64,000 nucleotides of DNA, from positions 83,020,001-83,084,000 of the forward strand of contig OZ076409.1 in the NCBI GenBank assembly GCA_964187785.1, written 5' to 3'. This DNA comes from Amphiscolops sp. MND2022. Its lineage: Eukaryota. Each line of letters starts with the position of its first letter. Position 1 is the stretch's first letter. Position numbers and translations under genes: made by a program. The notes beneath the pieces were generated by a model. That model saw only the letters and a list, made by a program, of their open reading frames with translations, made no database searches and was not told the origin of the DNA. Positions 48,301-60,900 of this stretch are shown in pieces.

Positions 48301-51300
48301 TTGCCAGTGCGCTCTGATTTTAGCGCCAATGTTACCAACGCTGTTCCGGAGCTTCCGAAAGCCGAAAAATCCGCAAGTTTCTCAGCCGTAACCAATGTAA
48401 AAGGACTGTTGCCAATTCTGAGTGTGAAGTTAACTTCAGCAAAAGGTTCAGAAACCCCTCTGGCTCTTTGTGATACCGCTTGCAGTCATTCTTGGATGAC
48501 GCGGAATCTTGCAGATAAATTAAAAGTTCGAGGTCATCCGATCACAGTTACAGTCAACGGAATTAATTCACAAGAGACAGTTAACAGTGAAACAGTCGAC
48601 TTGGAATTGTCCAGTTTATCTGGCGAAGACAACGAAGTCTATCACTTAACGCCCTATGTGAAGCAAAGTATCAATGTTGGACATGATTTCATTGATATAC
48701 CTGCCCTTCAAAAAGAGTATCCATATCTTGCACCATTGAATTCTGAAGCATACAATTACGCCGATGTAGAGTTGGTTCTTGGTCAGGACGCTTTTGCAGC
48801 CATCCATCCACTAGAGTACTTCGAAAGCGATTCGAAGAACTCACCGATAGCCGTTCGTCTTCCGTTAGGATGGGTTGTAAGCGGGCCTCTTCCTTCGACC
48901 ACTTGTATGATTTCGACATGTTTCAAAGCTAATGTGGAAACCGGAAACTTGACTGAGCAAGTACGTGCTTGGTACGATCTTGAATCTTTTGGAGCTTTCA
49001 AGCAAGTGGACCCGCGTTTATCTTCAGATGAGCGAGCTTCAAAAATTCTAGAAGAAACAACATTTCACGATGGCGAACGCTATCAAGTTGGGATGTTGTG
49101 GGAAACCGACGAGCCGCTTCCCGACAATTATTTTGCTGCTTTGGTTCAATTAAAAGCTCTCGAGAAACGTCTTGAGAAAGACCCAGAGCTGAAAACAAGA
49201 TACCAAAAACCATAGACGATGACCTTGCCCATGGTTATATCGTTGAAGTACCTGCTTATGATGCTACAAATCGTTCCAGCCGTGAGTGGTACCTACCCCA
49301 CCATCCGGTAGTGAATCCACACAAGCCCGAAAAAGCACGAAGAGTTTTGAACGGAGCTGCTAAGTGCCACAAACAGTCGCTGAACAGCGCTCTGTTGACT
49401 GGCCCAGACTTATTACAAAATCTTTTGCACGTTCTCATTCGTTTCCGTGAATTTCGCTCCGCAGTATCTGCAGACATCGAAGCGATGTTTTTGCAAGTGG
49501 GAGTCTTGCCTTCCGATCAAATGTCACTTCGATTTTTGTGGCGGGAAGCCCCCACCAATAAAATTGTTGTGTTTCAATACACGCGACACATTTTCGGGTC
49601 TAAAGACTCTCCGACGTGTGCAAATTACGCATTACGCCGTACAGCTACCGACAACGAATCTACATACCCCGACGCAGCTCTTGCTGTCAAAGAAAAGTTC
49701 TATATGGACGATTATCTTGACTCGATGGAAACCTCAGAGGAGGTGTTGACACGATCGCAAGCTCTGATAGAATTGTTGAACAAGGGAGGATTCAAGCTGA
49801 CAGAGTTTGTTAGCAACATCCAAAAAATCGCCGACAAACTGAATGAAAACACTGAATCATGTCAGATACAAGACGAAGCAAAACGGTTCTCTGACACCCT
49901 TGGCAATTCCTCACATGTTCTTGGTTTGAAGTGGATCAATGCCACTGATACTCTGATTGTAAGTCGAGGAACAGATCGTACTGTTCAGACTCCGCTAACC
50001 CAGAGATCTGTGCTCAGTTTGGTTGCTTCGATTTTTGACCCCATTGGTCTAGTAGCACCATTCACTGTGAAAGCACGCCTCATCCTGAAAGAAATCTGGC
50101 GTTTATCCGGCCAAGAGTGGGATAACGAACTTCCCAATGAGATAGCTGAAAAAATCACTGAATGGACTTTGGACCTGCCGAGACTTTTAAATTTAACAAT
50201 TCCTCGAAGCTTCTTTCCCACGACCGTTGATAAAATAGAACTCCATGTTTTCGGAGATAGCTCACAAGAAGCTTTCAGTGCAGTAGCTTTTCTTTGTGGA
50301 CTTTCGTAAGAGTTGTCTGGAAATACAACTCATTTAGCATTCGTTATTGGGAAATCACGGGTTGCGCCCATGAAAACATTGACAGTACCGAAGCTGGAAT
50401 TGCAAGCCGCGTTATTAGCTGCCCGCCTTTCGAATGAAGTGCACCAAGCACTAACTCGACCTCTTGAAAAGGCTTACATATGGACCGACAGCACAACGGT
50501 GCTGCAGTGGTTGAACTCTTTGGAGAAACAACCGATTTTCATTGTCAATCGTGTGAGTGAAAGACTTGATCTCACAACTGTGGATCAGTGGAATTATATA
50601 GGTACAACCGACAATCCAGCTGATGCCGGTACCAGAGGACTTTCTGCTGAGGCACTGAAAGTTAGTAGTTGGTTCACTGGACCAGAGTTTCTTCGAACAC
50701 CCGACTTCCCGTTTCAAGTGGATGACACAGTCTTGCAAAGCATCAAGAAGAAAAACGTTGAGCAGCAATTGTTCGTGTCAATCACGTCGAATCAGCAGCA
50801 AACACAGGTTGTGTTTGATTGGACAAAATACAGCAGCTTTTCGAAAATAGTCCGCATAACAGCTTACATTCTGCGTCTTTTACCAAGGCATCGTCATTTC
50901 CGCTCTGGCGACCTGAAAATCGCAGACTCAATTGAAATAACTTTCGCCGAAGAGAAAGTGCTTCTCCCTCGCAGAGAGAATCATTCAGAGATGAACTCAA
51001 ATGTTTGTTTAAAGAGGAGTCGATCGCTAACACCAGCCGTATCCTATCGTTCTCAACTTTCGTCGGACCCAGAGGTTTGCTGATGTCCACAGGACGCACT
51101 AAACGGCTCGATGCGATTGAGTTCGACACGAAGCATCCAATAATTTTAGATGGTTTACATCCAGTCGTACCTTTGATGCTTGAGAAATAACACAAATGTC
51201 ATCATCATCAAGGACTTGACTTTATGAGGTCTCAAGTGCAACAACGTTTCGCTGTCCTGAGATTACGTCAAATGCTCCGCAAAGTTGAAACAGAATGTCT

Positions 51301-54300
51301 TGTCTGTAGAAAGCGCAAAGCACAAACCTTAACTCCAATGATGGCTGATTTGCCTAAAGAGAGGTTAGCATTTCAGTCTCCACCTTTCACCATGACCGGC
51401 GTCGACTACTTCGGTCCCTTTTTTGTCAAAGTTCGACGTTCATCTGAAAAACGATGGGTTTTCTTGTTGACATGCTTGACCACACGCGCTGTACATCTGG
51501 AAATTGTCTCCTCCTTGGATACTAGCGCTTGTGTGATGGGCATTGAAAGATTCATTGCACGTCGTGGAACGCCATCAGTGATATGTTCGGACAACGGCAC
51601 TAACTTTGTGGGTGCGGAGAAAGAACTTCGTACTTGTATTCAATGTTGGAATCAACAAGCTCCTTCGATAATGGTTCATAAAAAGCTGACATTGAAGTTC
51701 AATCCTCCTGGAAGTCCGCATCAGGGAGGGTCTTGGGAACGGCTTGTTAGGAGCTGTAAGCGTGTGTTTTACGCAATCTTAGGCAATCGAAAGTTAACCG
51801 AAGACGTCCTTTTGACTACCTTCTGTCTAGTGGAACAAACACTTAACGCCCGACCCTTGACACCTGTTAGTTCTGACCCCAATGAATTCGACGCGCTGTG
51901 CCCGAACCATTTCCTGCTTGGCAGACCCAGTTCAAGCCTACCTTCAATAAACCCAGCTGTCAATGATTTTGACCATCGGAAACGCTTCGCTCGCGCTCAA
52001 GTTTATGCAAACGCCATCTGGTCTCGTTGGATCAAGGAATACGTTCCACTACTGAACCAACGTGGGAAATGGCATTCAGACTCCGACCGACACCTGAAAG
52101 CTGGCGACTTAGTTTGGATCATTGATCCTACCGCTCCGCGCGGCTTTTACCCAACGGCAAGAGTTGAGTCACTCAACTACGGTTCTGACGGTATCTCCCG
52201 GTCAGCTAACTTACGAACAAAATAAAGCCTTTATACCAGACCCTTAGTCAAAATCGTCCCCCTTTTTGAGCCGTCTTCTTCGGGGGCGGAGGATGTTGAC
52301 AACCAATGTTTGTCAACAATCGAAAGCGGTCAAATTTATTAGGTCTGCGGTGTACTGAATTGTGTACACGTCAAAACACTTCAATGTCATGCCGCCATGG
52401 CCTAGCGGTATGGTCGGTGCCTGTCAACCATACCGAAGCGGTTCGATCCCCACGTGCCCACGGGGCTCATTTCGGATGAACTAGTTTTTCGTTTTAGCGT
52501 TTCGTTTATTACGTAATATTTTCCTTTGTCCTTTGAAAGTATATCATCCAATTAATTAACGTATTTGTTAACATAACATAACAGTCTGCAGTTCCCTTAA
52601 TTTCACATGTACTATTTGCCGATAACACCGTTCTAAAGCAAGTTGCATATAATTCGTCTTGTGTATTGTTACGTTATTGTGTCTTCGGACATTATTGTTT
52701 GCCGAAATATCCTGAATCAGAATTCAGACTTAGTTTTTAAAAGCCTTTCACTTACCCGGTTCGATTGAGACAGACGAAGTTGAGACAATACTTATTCCAA
52801 GATCGTATCTTATCACAATGGACAAAATTTTAAGATTATAAAAAAACACTATACCTTCGGTACAAGCAGCCGAGACTCAATCTAAAGGCTCATTTCACCC
52901 AACAACGGCTATATCTACTCGTTTTTACACGAGTACAAAATGCTTAAACCTGCTGAAAAAATTTTGCATGCAAAAATGAGTGAAAAATTACGATAACGTG
53001 GTCTGGCTTCCAAAATTATCACGAAAATCCGAATAATTCCTCACCTATTTAAGACTGAGAAATGCAAATGTACCAAATGAAAGGTCATTTCAAGGGCTTT
53101 CTAAAACTTGTAATTTATCACTCCTGTCAATTTCAGAGACGGAGAAAAATGCTCTCAAACGTCCAGACCCACTATCGGAAAGTTACAAAGGAAAGACCTC
53201 AAAATCCGGAAATTTTTGTAAAATTAATGTTTTCAGCTTTCTTAGAGCCTGTTTCAGCAGCCTTATTACTGCTAGATACAGCTGTCATTGCACTAATCTG
53301 GGTAATGATTCAGCTCGAGGCTTTTCTGACGCCGTTGTTGGCGACAGCTCTGCAATTGAAATAACAATTTAACCAGCGTCTTCCTAAATAAATAACTCTT
53401 CAATCAAATTTTATACATTGCTAACAGAAGTTTTAATGTCTAACAATATAAATCTGCAGAAATGGTTACAATAAAAGGTTTCTTGAAAACATGGCTCTCT
53501 TGATAAGATCTTACCATGGCATCTTGCAATTCTTGGCAATATCTTGTCATGATCTTAGGTAAGATTTTTCCAAGATCTTGGCAAGATCTTGCCAAGATCT
53601 TACTAAGATATCCATGGAGGGTCGACCCGGGTGCTTACGAAAGGGAATTAGTTCGCAAAGGTAAACTTAAAATCACCGAAATAAATATATTTTTGGGCAG
53701 CTTACTTGTTTGAGTTTGTAAGTTTGTCCAATGAGTATTCTCGTCCTTCTTTGAGAGCTCTTCGATACAAGTTCCGTACTCGGGTCTCTACTTGATCAAT
53801 CGAAAAGTCTGGGAGCATGAGAAAGTAGTTCACGCTTGTGAGCTGGTTGTTGGTCGCTTCCAGAAGGTGTTTGATAATCAAGTCATGTTTTATGATCTGG
53901 TCGATCTTGGAGCTGATTACTCTCTCTACTTTGTCAGTCTCGGTCTTCTTGCCTTTCGAATCATGTTTCTCTATTTTTTGCCCCTTAAGGAAAGGAATTT
54001 TATTGCTAAAATCATTATGCTTCTGAATTTAGGATCCCCGTCCACGTAACATAACCCATCAACTAATACTTTTATTAATCATGTCATAGAACTTTTACCT
54101 TACATAGGAGCTTGACGACGTTAACCTGTTAAAACTCTCTAATCAGTTGAACAATTATCAACCATTTAACCGGAAAGGCCTAATATCATTTTCAAGTCAC
54201 AATGCACAATTCGCAAAATGGACAGTTTAAAACTCAAATATAAATGGAGTTTCAGAGGCAGCATGCGATATCTGAAAAAGATCTCTGCAGAGATTACTAA

Positions 54301-54905
54301 AACAATTCACTCAATCTGTGATTATTGAAAGAATTTTCTGCCAAATTTGTCTTCTGTATGTATTTTTTTTCAAATTCTCCAAAAAATTCAGGCTGTGTTC
54401 ACAAAAACGATTGAGAACAATCAGTCGTATCTATCTTTTCCATTCATTGCTTATGGAGACTTGATAAACTTTTTTAACAGGAAGAAACATAATTCGACCT
54501 TTCTTTCCGTTATTATCTTCTTGAGTGTTTTCGTTTCTACCTTCGGTGTCACCCCGCATTCCAACCTCCACGATAGTCAGCACGGACCCGTTCATAAGCA
54601 TCCAGTCAACTTCAAAATCTTTGGCTTGCTTGTTCTTTGATTTAACGAAAGTACTCTCCACATTGTCGAAAATCTCTTTCGCTATTTTGTTGTTCCATCC
54701 GTTGATTGCAAAGCCTTTCAATTTTTTCATGTGAGAAATGTAATGGTGATAGAATTCCACCACTTCACCCAAATACCCGTAATCTGCTGCAAACAAACTC
54801 GGTTCTTTTGGTTTAATGCTGTTTATATCCGGCAGTATCACTAGGTTGTCTTTGTGTTCCGGGTTTAAATAGTCCAAACTGAGAAGCGGCAAACACTTTC
54901 TGCAC
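39371..54905 (-). CDS. Spliced host gene: NERD/PD-(D/E)xK-like domain plus SF1 (UvrD/Schlafen-like) helicase; exons 54905-~54470, (possible micro-exon 54125-54099), 54022-53706, 43051-42831, 40890-39371; 5' exon(s) outside the window
   Basis: Phase-compatible junctions AA|gtaagc..ttcag|C and G|gtatgt..tgtag|AG. Nuclease-like FEVDWMLM..LTIVEVG..KIDQ..VNYFLMLP. Helicase motifs GEAGCGKT, YLIDE, TYRS, FTGSEF, AITRA. Confidence 0.8.
43294..43635. repeat. ~64-bp direct repeat (43294-43357 and 43572-43635)
   Basis: ACGTGAAAAAAAA.CGTGATCGTGTCGGTAACAA.GTG.AAAATATTTTC.AATTTAACTACAAT occurs twice. Confidence 0.85.
44140..44240 (+). ncRNA. tRNA-like putative Pol III cassette inside the BEL LTR (copy at ~52391-52491)
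   Basis: A box TGGCCTAGCGG, CTGTCAA anticodon-like loop, B box GGTTCGATC(A/C)C, downstream T-runs; no proper acceptor stem. Confidence 0.5.
44932..45528 (+). CDS. Extra ORF (198 aa) upstream of BEL gag; SGNH/GDSL-hydrolase-like, with a basic C-terminus
   Basis: Intact ATG..TAA. VFILGASS (block I-like), TTPG (II), IVWHDVVNN (III-like), LLH (V-like). Confidence 0.65.
   Translation: MVFILGASSLHHALGSLSKKAQKRLASRVFTTPGLSCNPNAVNKRKTVQYLLKNCFKSKRDLIVWHDVVNNSLSEHRSNGNNPLTAQQLHNVLTTFRDRIKAVVYCKRQGVPDIFENLKYTVFTVHILKDLISKRKARDRKLLKQYSLLHQLHELELKSLTLIFKYSENLPALVRKSRPKKLNKRLRRAKRNRLLVTE
45981..52270 (+). pseudogene. pol: Disrupted BEL/Pao gag-pol
   Basis: DUF1759-like YDGNPLQWHEWFGQF; Cys/His knuckles; protease LCDTA; RT YLPHHPV, ADIEAMF, YMDD (49701); Pao RNase H FGDSS..KSRVAP..PKLEL; integrase GVDYFGP..SDNG..WER. 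About 8 stops and frameshifts. Confidence 0.95.
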
Positions 54906-54975
54906 CTGTCAAAAATTGGAAACTATCTATATTTACGTTTACTTTGCTAAAATTGAATAATATCCCAACAATTAA

Positions 54976-57900
54976 TGTAACGTCCACCAGTCAGCACCAA
55001 ATTTTCGATGAAAAATTCGATCAAGAACCAGAAAGTGTGCGAATCAAAATGGCCGACCTGGCAGGTCGTTGAAACCAAAAAAGAAACAAGAAGAAGAGAG
55101 AGAACGCCCGAAAAAAGAGCAAGGAAGAAAAGGAACCAGAAAGCAGAGCGACTATTGACATGAAGACTCGCATAGTGCCGAAAGTGACGAATGCTACCCG
55201 GTGTTGTGCCATCCCTCTGGGAGAGAATGCAAAACCGTTCCAGAAGGACATGACTGGATTCCCGAAAACCTACAAACAGTAACTGTACTCCCTTTTGGGG
55301 CTCGTCCCCCTTAATTTGTTGATTCGTAATATATTCTTCTGTTTAGCTTATGCCAGACCTTCTAGGTCAGCATTTCATATACCTAACTGTCAAAATGGTA
55401 TTTTTTGGATAAACACTTTTTGGACCTCGGAAGTATGTAGGAAGTCGTAGGAAGACTTAGAATTATGTAGAAACGTTTTTACAGGCTTGTGGGGCGTGTC
55501 CGGACTTTGAGAGTGCCGGCGCGTCGCCTCGGAGCTCTAACTAGAGGAGTCTCCTTAGACGTTAGAAAAGTCCCCCATGGAGAACATTTTGGGAGAAAAG
55601 CCAGTGTCTAGGAGTGTAGTAAGACAACGGTCTCCTGTTTAAGCACCCTAGGCATTGTCCCACTTCCGGGATGTGCGCCGCTAGCCGGACGTTACATCTG
55701 GAATAGTTTTTATGGCGACCACAGAGGGATAATTTTCCTTACCGCGTCCTGCGAGGAGCAACTCCTGCTTTCCGGCCCTGTAAGGTCAGGATCTAGGAGA
55801 AGCTTTTGGGAGGGTCCTGGATTGTTTTTATTGCTTTTTTCTAGCCCTTTGGGCCTTGTATTAGTGTTTTTCCTGCGTTTCCTGCATGTTTCCGAGGTCT
55901 CCAGCCTGAAAAAGACAGTTTGAGACAGAGTACCCCCTTGTACCTTATCTGTACTTATTAAAAGAGCTATTCCGGCCTATCCGGAACGTGTTTTAACGGG
56001 TTTTCCAGCTTCTTTTCAGCCAATTGGCAATGTACAGGGACTGCGAGGACGGTTCGTGAAGACCCGAGCTAGCTGAGTGCAGGACTACAGGTGCTTCACG
56101 TCATAACCTCTTCCTCCCCACCTGGTGCCGGTTCACCGAAGATAGCTGGGTTATTTCGTTCCCTTTACGTTTTCTAGCCCAAAATTAGTATTCCCAGGCC
56201 TGTTTTTGCATGAACTAATTGAGAAAAATACCCACAGGGTGTTTGCATCAATTATTTTGAAGTTTGAGCTCGAAAACATCGAAAATAACTCTAATAATGG
56301 CTCAAATATCGAATTTTCCCGTTTTGGAAGCCAGAATCTTGTAGAATTGTATACGGCCTATGGGAATACCTGAAAAACGTTCTGTCAGACCTACCAGGTC
56401 GAGAACAAAATTTTTTGTTGGGCTATCCTTTTGAAAAACATGAAAAATTCAGCAATTTTTGTTTAAAAATCGGCAAAATTGACCATTTTGACCAATTTTG
56501 GTAAGGGCGAAGCCTTGGGCGTTTGTACCCAAGCCTCTTGAAAGGCCCGAAAATTTTGTTGTTGTGCTTGGTAGTACGCAATACTACTACCAAGACGGTT
56601 TTTGACCACCCCGAATATAAATTGAAGTTTTAACATCACTTTTCTTTCATTAAAATAGACCTGAGTGAAGGACCCCATAGACCTGAGTGTAATTGAAATC
56701 AAAATAATTATTGCAACTACCCCAGCCCCCTGAATAAAGTTATTACGTATCCTAACTCTACTAATAAAACCAAACAGAACACCAGAGAACCAAAAAAACA
56801 TCGGATTATTGACGAAAACACGTATTTTCAGTACTGTTCCGAGGGTGTAAAAAGTGCAATCGAGAAATTTTGTGAGAGACCTTGTATGAAACCTACCAGG
56901 TTTTGCTCGCCTATTTCCAGTTAATAGAGAGCGTAACGTTGCAAACGCCGAAAACCGCAAGCAATTCTGAACAGTGGTTGTTGAGAAATAGTCGAAAACG
57001 CACTATTTTTGCGCCAATTTCGGAATTCGGCAACCTCGTATTTTCAACAAGTCGAAATCTCTCCTAACAAGAAGAGCTAAAACGGATTGCACTATTGTGT
57101 AGAGCGCAAAAAGTTACGCTAGTAGCGTGATTTTGAAAGCCCTACTGTGAATACCCGCAGAGATAACTTAGCCGCAGTTTTGTTCAGAAAGTGTACCAAA
57201 TTGCCGAAAAATCGAAAATTTAATTGAGCCTGGTGTGATATCTCCGGGATATCCCGGCACCCTAATTTTCCTATTTTCGTCCTCGGGGTACCAAATCCCG
57301 ACGATTTGTGCAATTTGAGCAGCCAACTCCCGGCCGAAGCTGAGAAATTGACATTTTTGTGAATTTTGACCCAAAGAAGTGGTACCTCCGGTATATCAAG
57401 GTTTTGTCACTTCGGATCGCCCGATATTGATCCAGGCACCTCGCCGCTGGATTTTTCTGTTGCGTAAGCATAAGTTACGCTCGCATGCGAAATTTCAGGT
57501 AGCTGGGACGCCTAGGACGCGAGTTACACCACTTTTTGCGAATTTCACGACATAGTCAATTTTTTAATAAACATTGTTAAGTGGCCGTAACACCCATTGG
57601 GTCACTTTTGGCGCAATCAGAGACTAATTCCCCACGATTTAGCCAGTATAATACACGGTGTGAAATTTTCAGGTCGCTAGCTGCACTAGAAGTGATTTTC
57701 ACCTTCCCCGGAGGTGTTACTTGACGAGAAAAACAGCGTTTCGAGTGAACTTTGACTGAAAATCCGCGCACTTCTAGTCCTGATGTGCCTCACTCAGGAC
57801 TGAAACGACCTGTTTAGCGCATCAAGCAAATTCCACACGGTCCACTGTACTTACAAAATCCGCGTAGGGCTGACCCCAAGACCAGCGACCTCCCACTAAA

Positions 57901-60900
57901 CACTCTACGAGACTAAGAGACGGTAACCCTAAAAACCGAAATTCGTTTCTTTCCCGCCACCAAAGTCGCCTAGGTGCAATTTGCTCGTCATAACCACATA
58001 TACTCTACCCTGAGGGTGCAAGAGTGTGACCGGGAGCACCAAAGCAGTCATAGACCAGGTTTGCGGGACGCGTAGAGAAAGTAGAACAAGTACACAAGAG
58101 ACCACCCATATCGTTGTAAATTCTTTGACCCACGAGCCGTGGGGCTATAGACCAGAGTACCACTCAATACTCAACCCCCACATTCCCAATCAATCCCCAG
58201 ATCATTCCCCGTCCATCGCCCATCCATTGTTCCCGAATCAACCTCGTCGTACAAGCGTATAAAACAACCAAAAGTGAACCCCATTGCGCTCTGCGCGAGG
58301 GATACAAAAAGAAATTTCCGCCGACGAGTTTGAAGCTAACCCATTAGTTTTCAGTTAACGATAGCGACAAGGCTTGCGGTCACCTAAAAGTAGAAGTCAA
58401 CTTAGCGTGTAGTAATTTGTAGTTGTGATCACAAAAAAAAACTAAAATTTTTTTTTGCTGAGAAAACCAAACCTTCTCCTAAGTGAGGGACAAGCAAACG
58501 AAATTTCAGTTAAACCAACCAGCGATAGTGTGCCTAGTGCACTCTGAGAGTGCAAGAAGGAGTTCAAGCCCACATAGTAGGTTTCAACCTCAATACACAA
58601 AAGACCGGCCACTCCGAGCGGCTAGGCACACCGAATAGCTTAGTAGGATTAGTTAGTTAGCGCAGTCTAGATAGTACCCCTTTGAGTCATTCAGCTAAAG
58701 CAAACCTTTCTCACTCCATCATTTACCACTTGTTTTGCGGGGGGAAGGAAGTAGAGAGAAATCAAATCAAAAAAAATTATTTTGTTGCGTGCTGCGTGGA
58801 AACTTCGTGAGCAGCGCAAGCTAAAATATCTCATCCCGTGGCCATGGAACGACGCGAAGCTAACGCTACCATAAGCGACCTCCAGGCCACCAATCCTTTC
58901 AGAAGGGGAACGGAAGCCACGATTGAACAAAACGAATGTAGACTAGACTCCGCCATAGCAGCAATGTTTTCAGAAGTCATGTCTGACTACGTACCGAACC
59001 AAGAGCAAAACGCGGAGATAGCCGTTGCCACGAGCCAGCCTAACTCCTCGCGAGCCTCCCCCGACAGTACCAATCCACAGGATGGTGCTGAAACCACCAT
59101 GCAAAGAAACACATGGCCTCCGCGGGAAGTCTCTGACTACAGCTTGGAAAATTGGCCAAACTCCAACCAAGGGCCCACATGTGAGCCCAGCACTGCTGAC
59201 ACCCCCATTGAACAAAATGACACTCTAATGACTCCACGGGCGGACCCACGAACGGCGGTTGTCGAGAGAAACCCCTCGGATTCCCAGGAGATGACCAATA
59301 GCATAGGCGGGAATCCCTTTCGGAGCGGATATGCGCTACCGGGGGCATCGGCGAAAGCATCGATAAGGCCGGCGGAGAATCTGAAAACAACCGTGACGGA
59401 GAATCCGTTAAGATACGTTTTTCGAACGCCACCCTCGGCGGGTCCAAAGGTTAACTACACGAATGGGAGCCGAGCATCCCACACGCCAAGCTCTAAAGCC
59501 AGCGCTGACACCAATCCTGACTCAACGATAACCAAAGCAAGAAAGGAAGCGCAAGCAATTCGAGAAGACTTTCAGAGCAGCCTAGCTCAGCTAGCCCAAG
59601 TCCAGACGAAGCTGGCGCGGGAAAACAACGAACATGAAATGCGCGCAGACCTGATAATGAGGGACATGGACGAGCTGCGAAGAGGTCTTCTGGAAATTCA
59701 AGCGGAAGGACGACAGAATCAGGGCCGACTGGAGGCATCTATGGCATCACTCAACGACCTGATTAAACAGAGAGAGACCACGGCGGATGCCCGCATGGCT
59801 GAGATGTCTGCAGTAATGAGAGAAAGAGACCGCCAGGCCGACGAACGCATGAAGGCAATGACGAACACAATGCAGCGCCGCGACATGGACTCCAATGTCC
59901 GCATGGCGGACTTGATGATGGCAATGCAAGACTTGACGCTAGGCGTGAAAGCAATTGTGTCACAAACCCCAGCATCGCAGGCACAGACAGCGTCACGGGC
60001 GCCCCAAAAATACCAGCAAGCCGAAGTGCCCTCTACAAGTGCAGCTCCCCAACCTCCCTACCGGACGGTGGCACAGCACACAGTGGAGCCTGCTAGGCCC
60101 CCAAAACTAGTGCCACCCGCGACATACAGGCGTGACCCCTCGAAAGCTAGTAAAATGGCTAAGGTAGCCCACGCAGAGTCACGAGACGCCGGCACAGACC
60201 CCATGACTGACCCGCCATCGTTCGACCAGTACGCCCGCGGGGCAACCACCTCGGGCGATTTCCACTCCGCTGCCGACGAAATGAGCACCCGCAGAACCAG
60301 TTATTACACGGCCGATTCCAGCGCGGCATTCCGCCTACCTGCGCGAACGCAGACGTTCAGGGATTTTGTTGCGCGGCCAGTGGCCACCAGCACCCAGCGC
60401 AAGGTGACGACCAAGCGGAACCTAGAACAAGGCAAAGGCGAACTTAGCGACGTGGAAGAGATGCCTTCTCAGGCAGAAGAGGCCCCGGACACGCCGAGGA
60501 CTTCCCAAAGACAGGCACTAGCAGAAGCAATATCCACAGCCATGTCTAAAGGCTTGGAGCCATTGCTCGCCGTCAAAGAATCTAAAAACAAACCCACGAA
60601 ATACAGAGGAACCCGAGACGGAAATGCAGATGGATGGATGATGCTGATGAAACGCCACTTGGAAAAAGCACACCCGAAGGCGACCCCCCTTGATAAAGCA
60701 TGGACGATAATTGAGTATCTGGAGCATGAAGCCAGGTACTACATCACGAACAAGTCCGAGGCCGAGAGGGACACGGATGAGAAAGTGTTCGCACTGTTGG
60801 CGCGTCGCTTTGGGACAGGCTCCAGCAAAATCCACATCCAGCAGCAATTCAGAACCCGCAATCAGAATAGCGAAGAGGACTACATGTAATACCTTGATGC

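Larger units (their letters stand above)
44043..52787 (+). mobile_element. Full-length BEL/Pao LTR retrotransposon C
   Basis: 494-bp LTRs at 44043-44536 and 52294-52787 (5 differences seen); TSD ATACT; PBS TGGTGCCGCGACCCGGGAT at 44541 (tRNA-Phe/His-like); PPT GGGGGCGGAGGA. Confidence 0.97.
43919..53631. mobile_element. Non-autonomous CMC/CACTA-like DNA transposon (~960 bp) split by the BEL insertion
   Basis: TIRs CCCGGGTTGACCCTC and GAGGGTCGACCCGGG; 2-bp TSD TG; many subterminal AAGATCTT repeats at both ends. Confidence 0.8.

Noticed and set aside
57775..57810. Hammerhead-like CTGATG..GAAAC
   Set aside because: The core is CTGATGT rather than CTGATGA, and it is sequestered in a simple hairpin.
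60887..60889. Programmed gag-pol read-through stop
   Set aside because: It lies within the capsid-like region upstream of the zinc knuckles, so a nonsense mutation is more likely.
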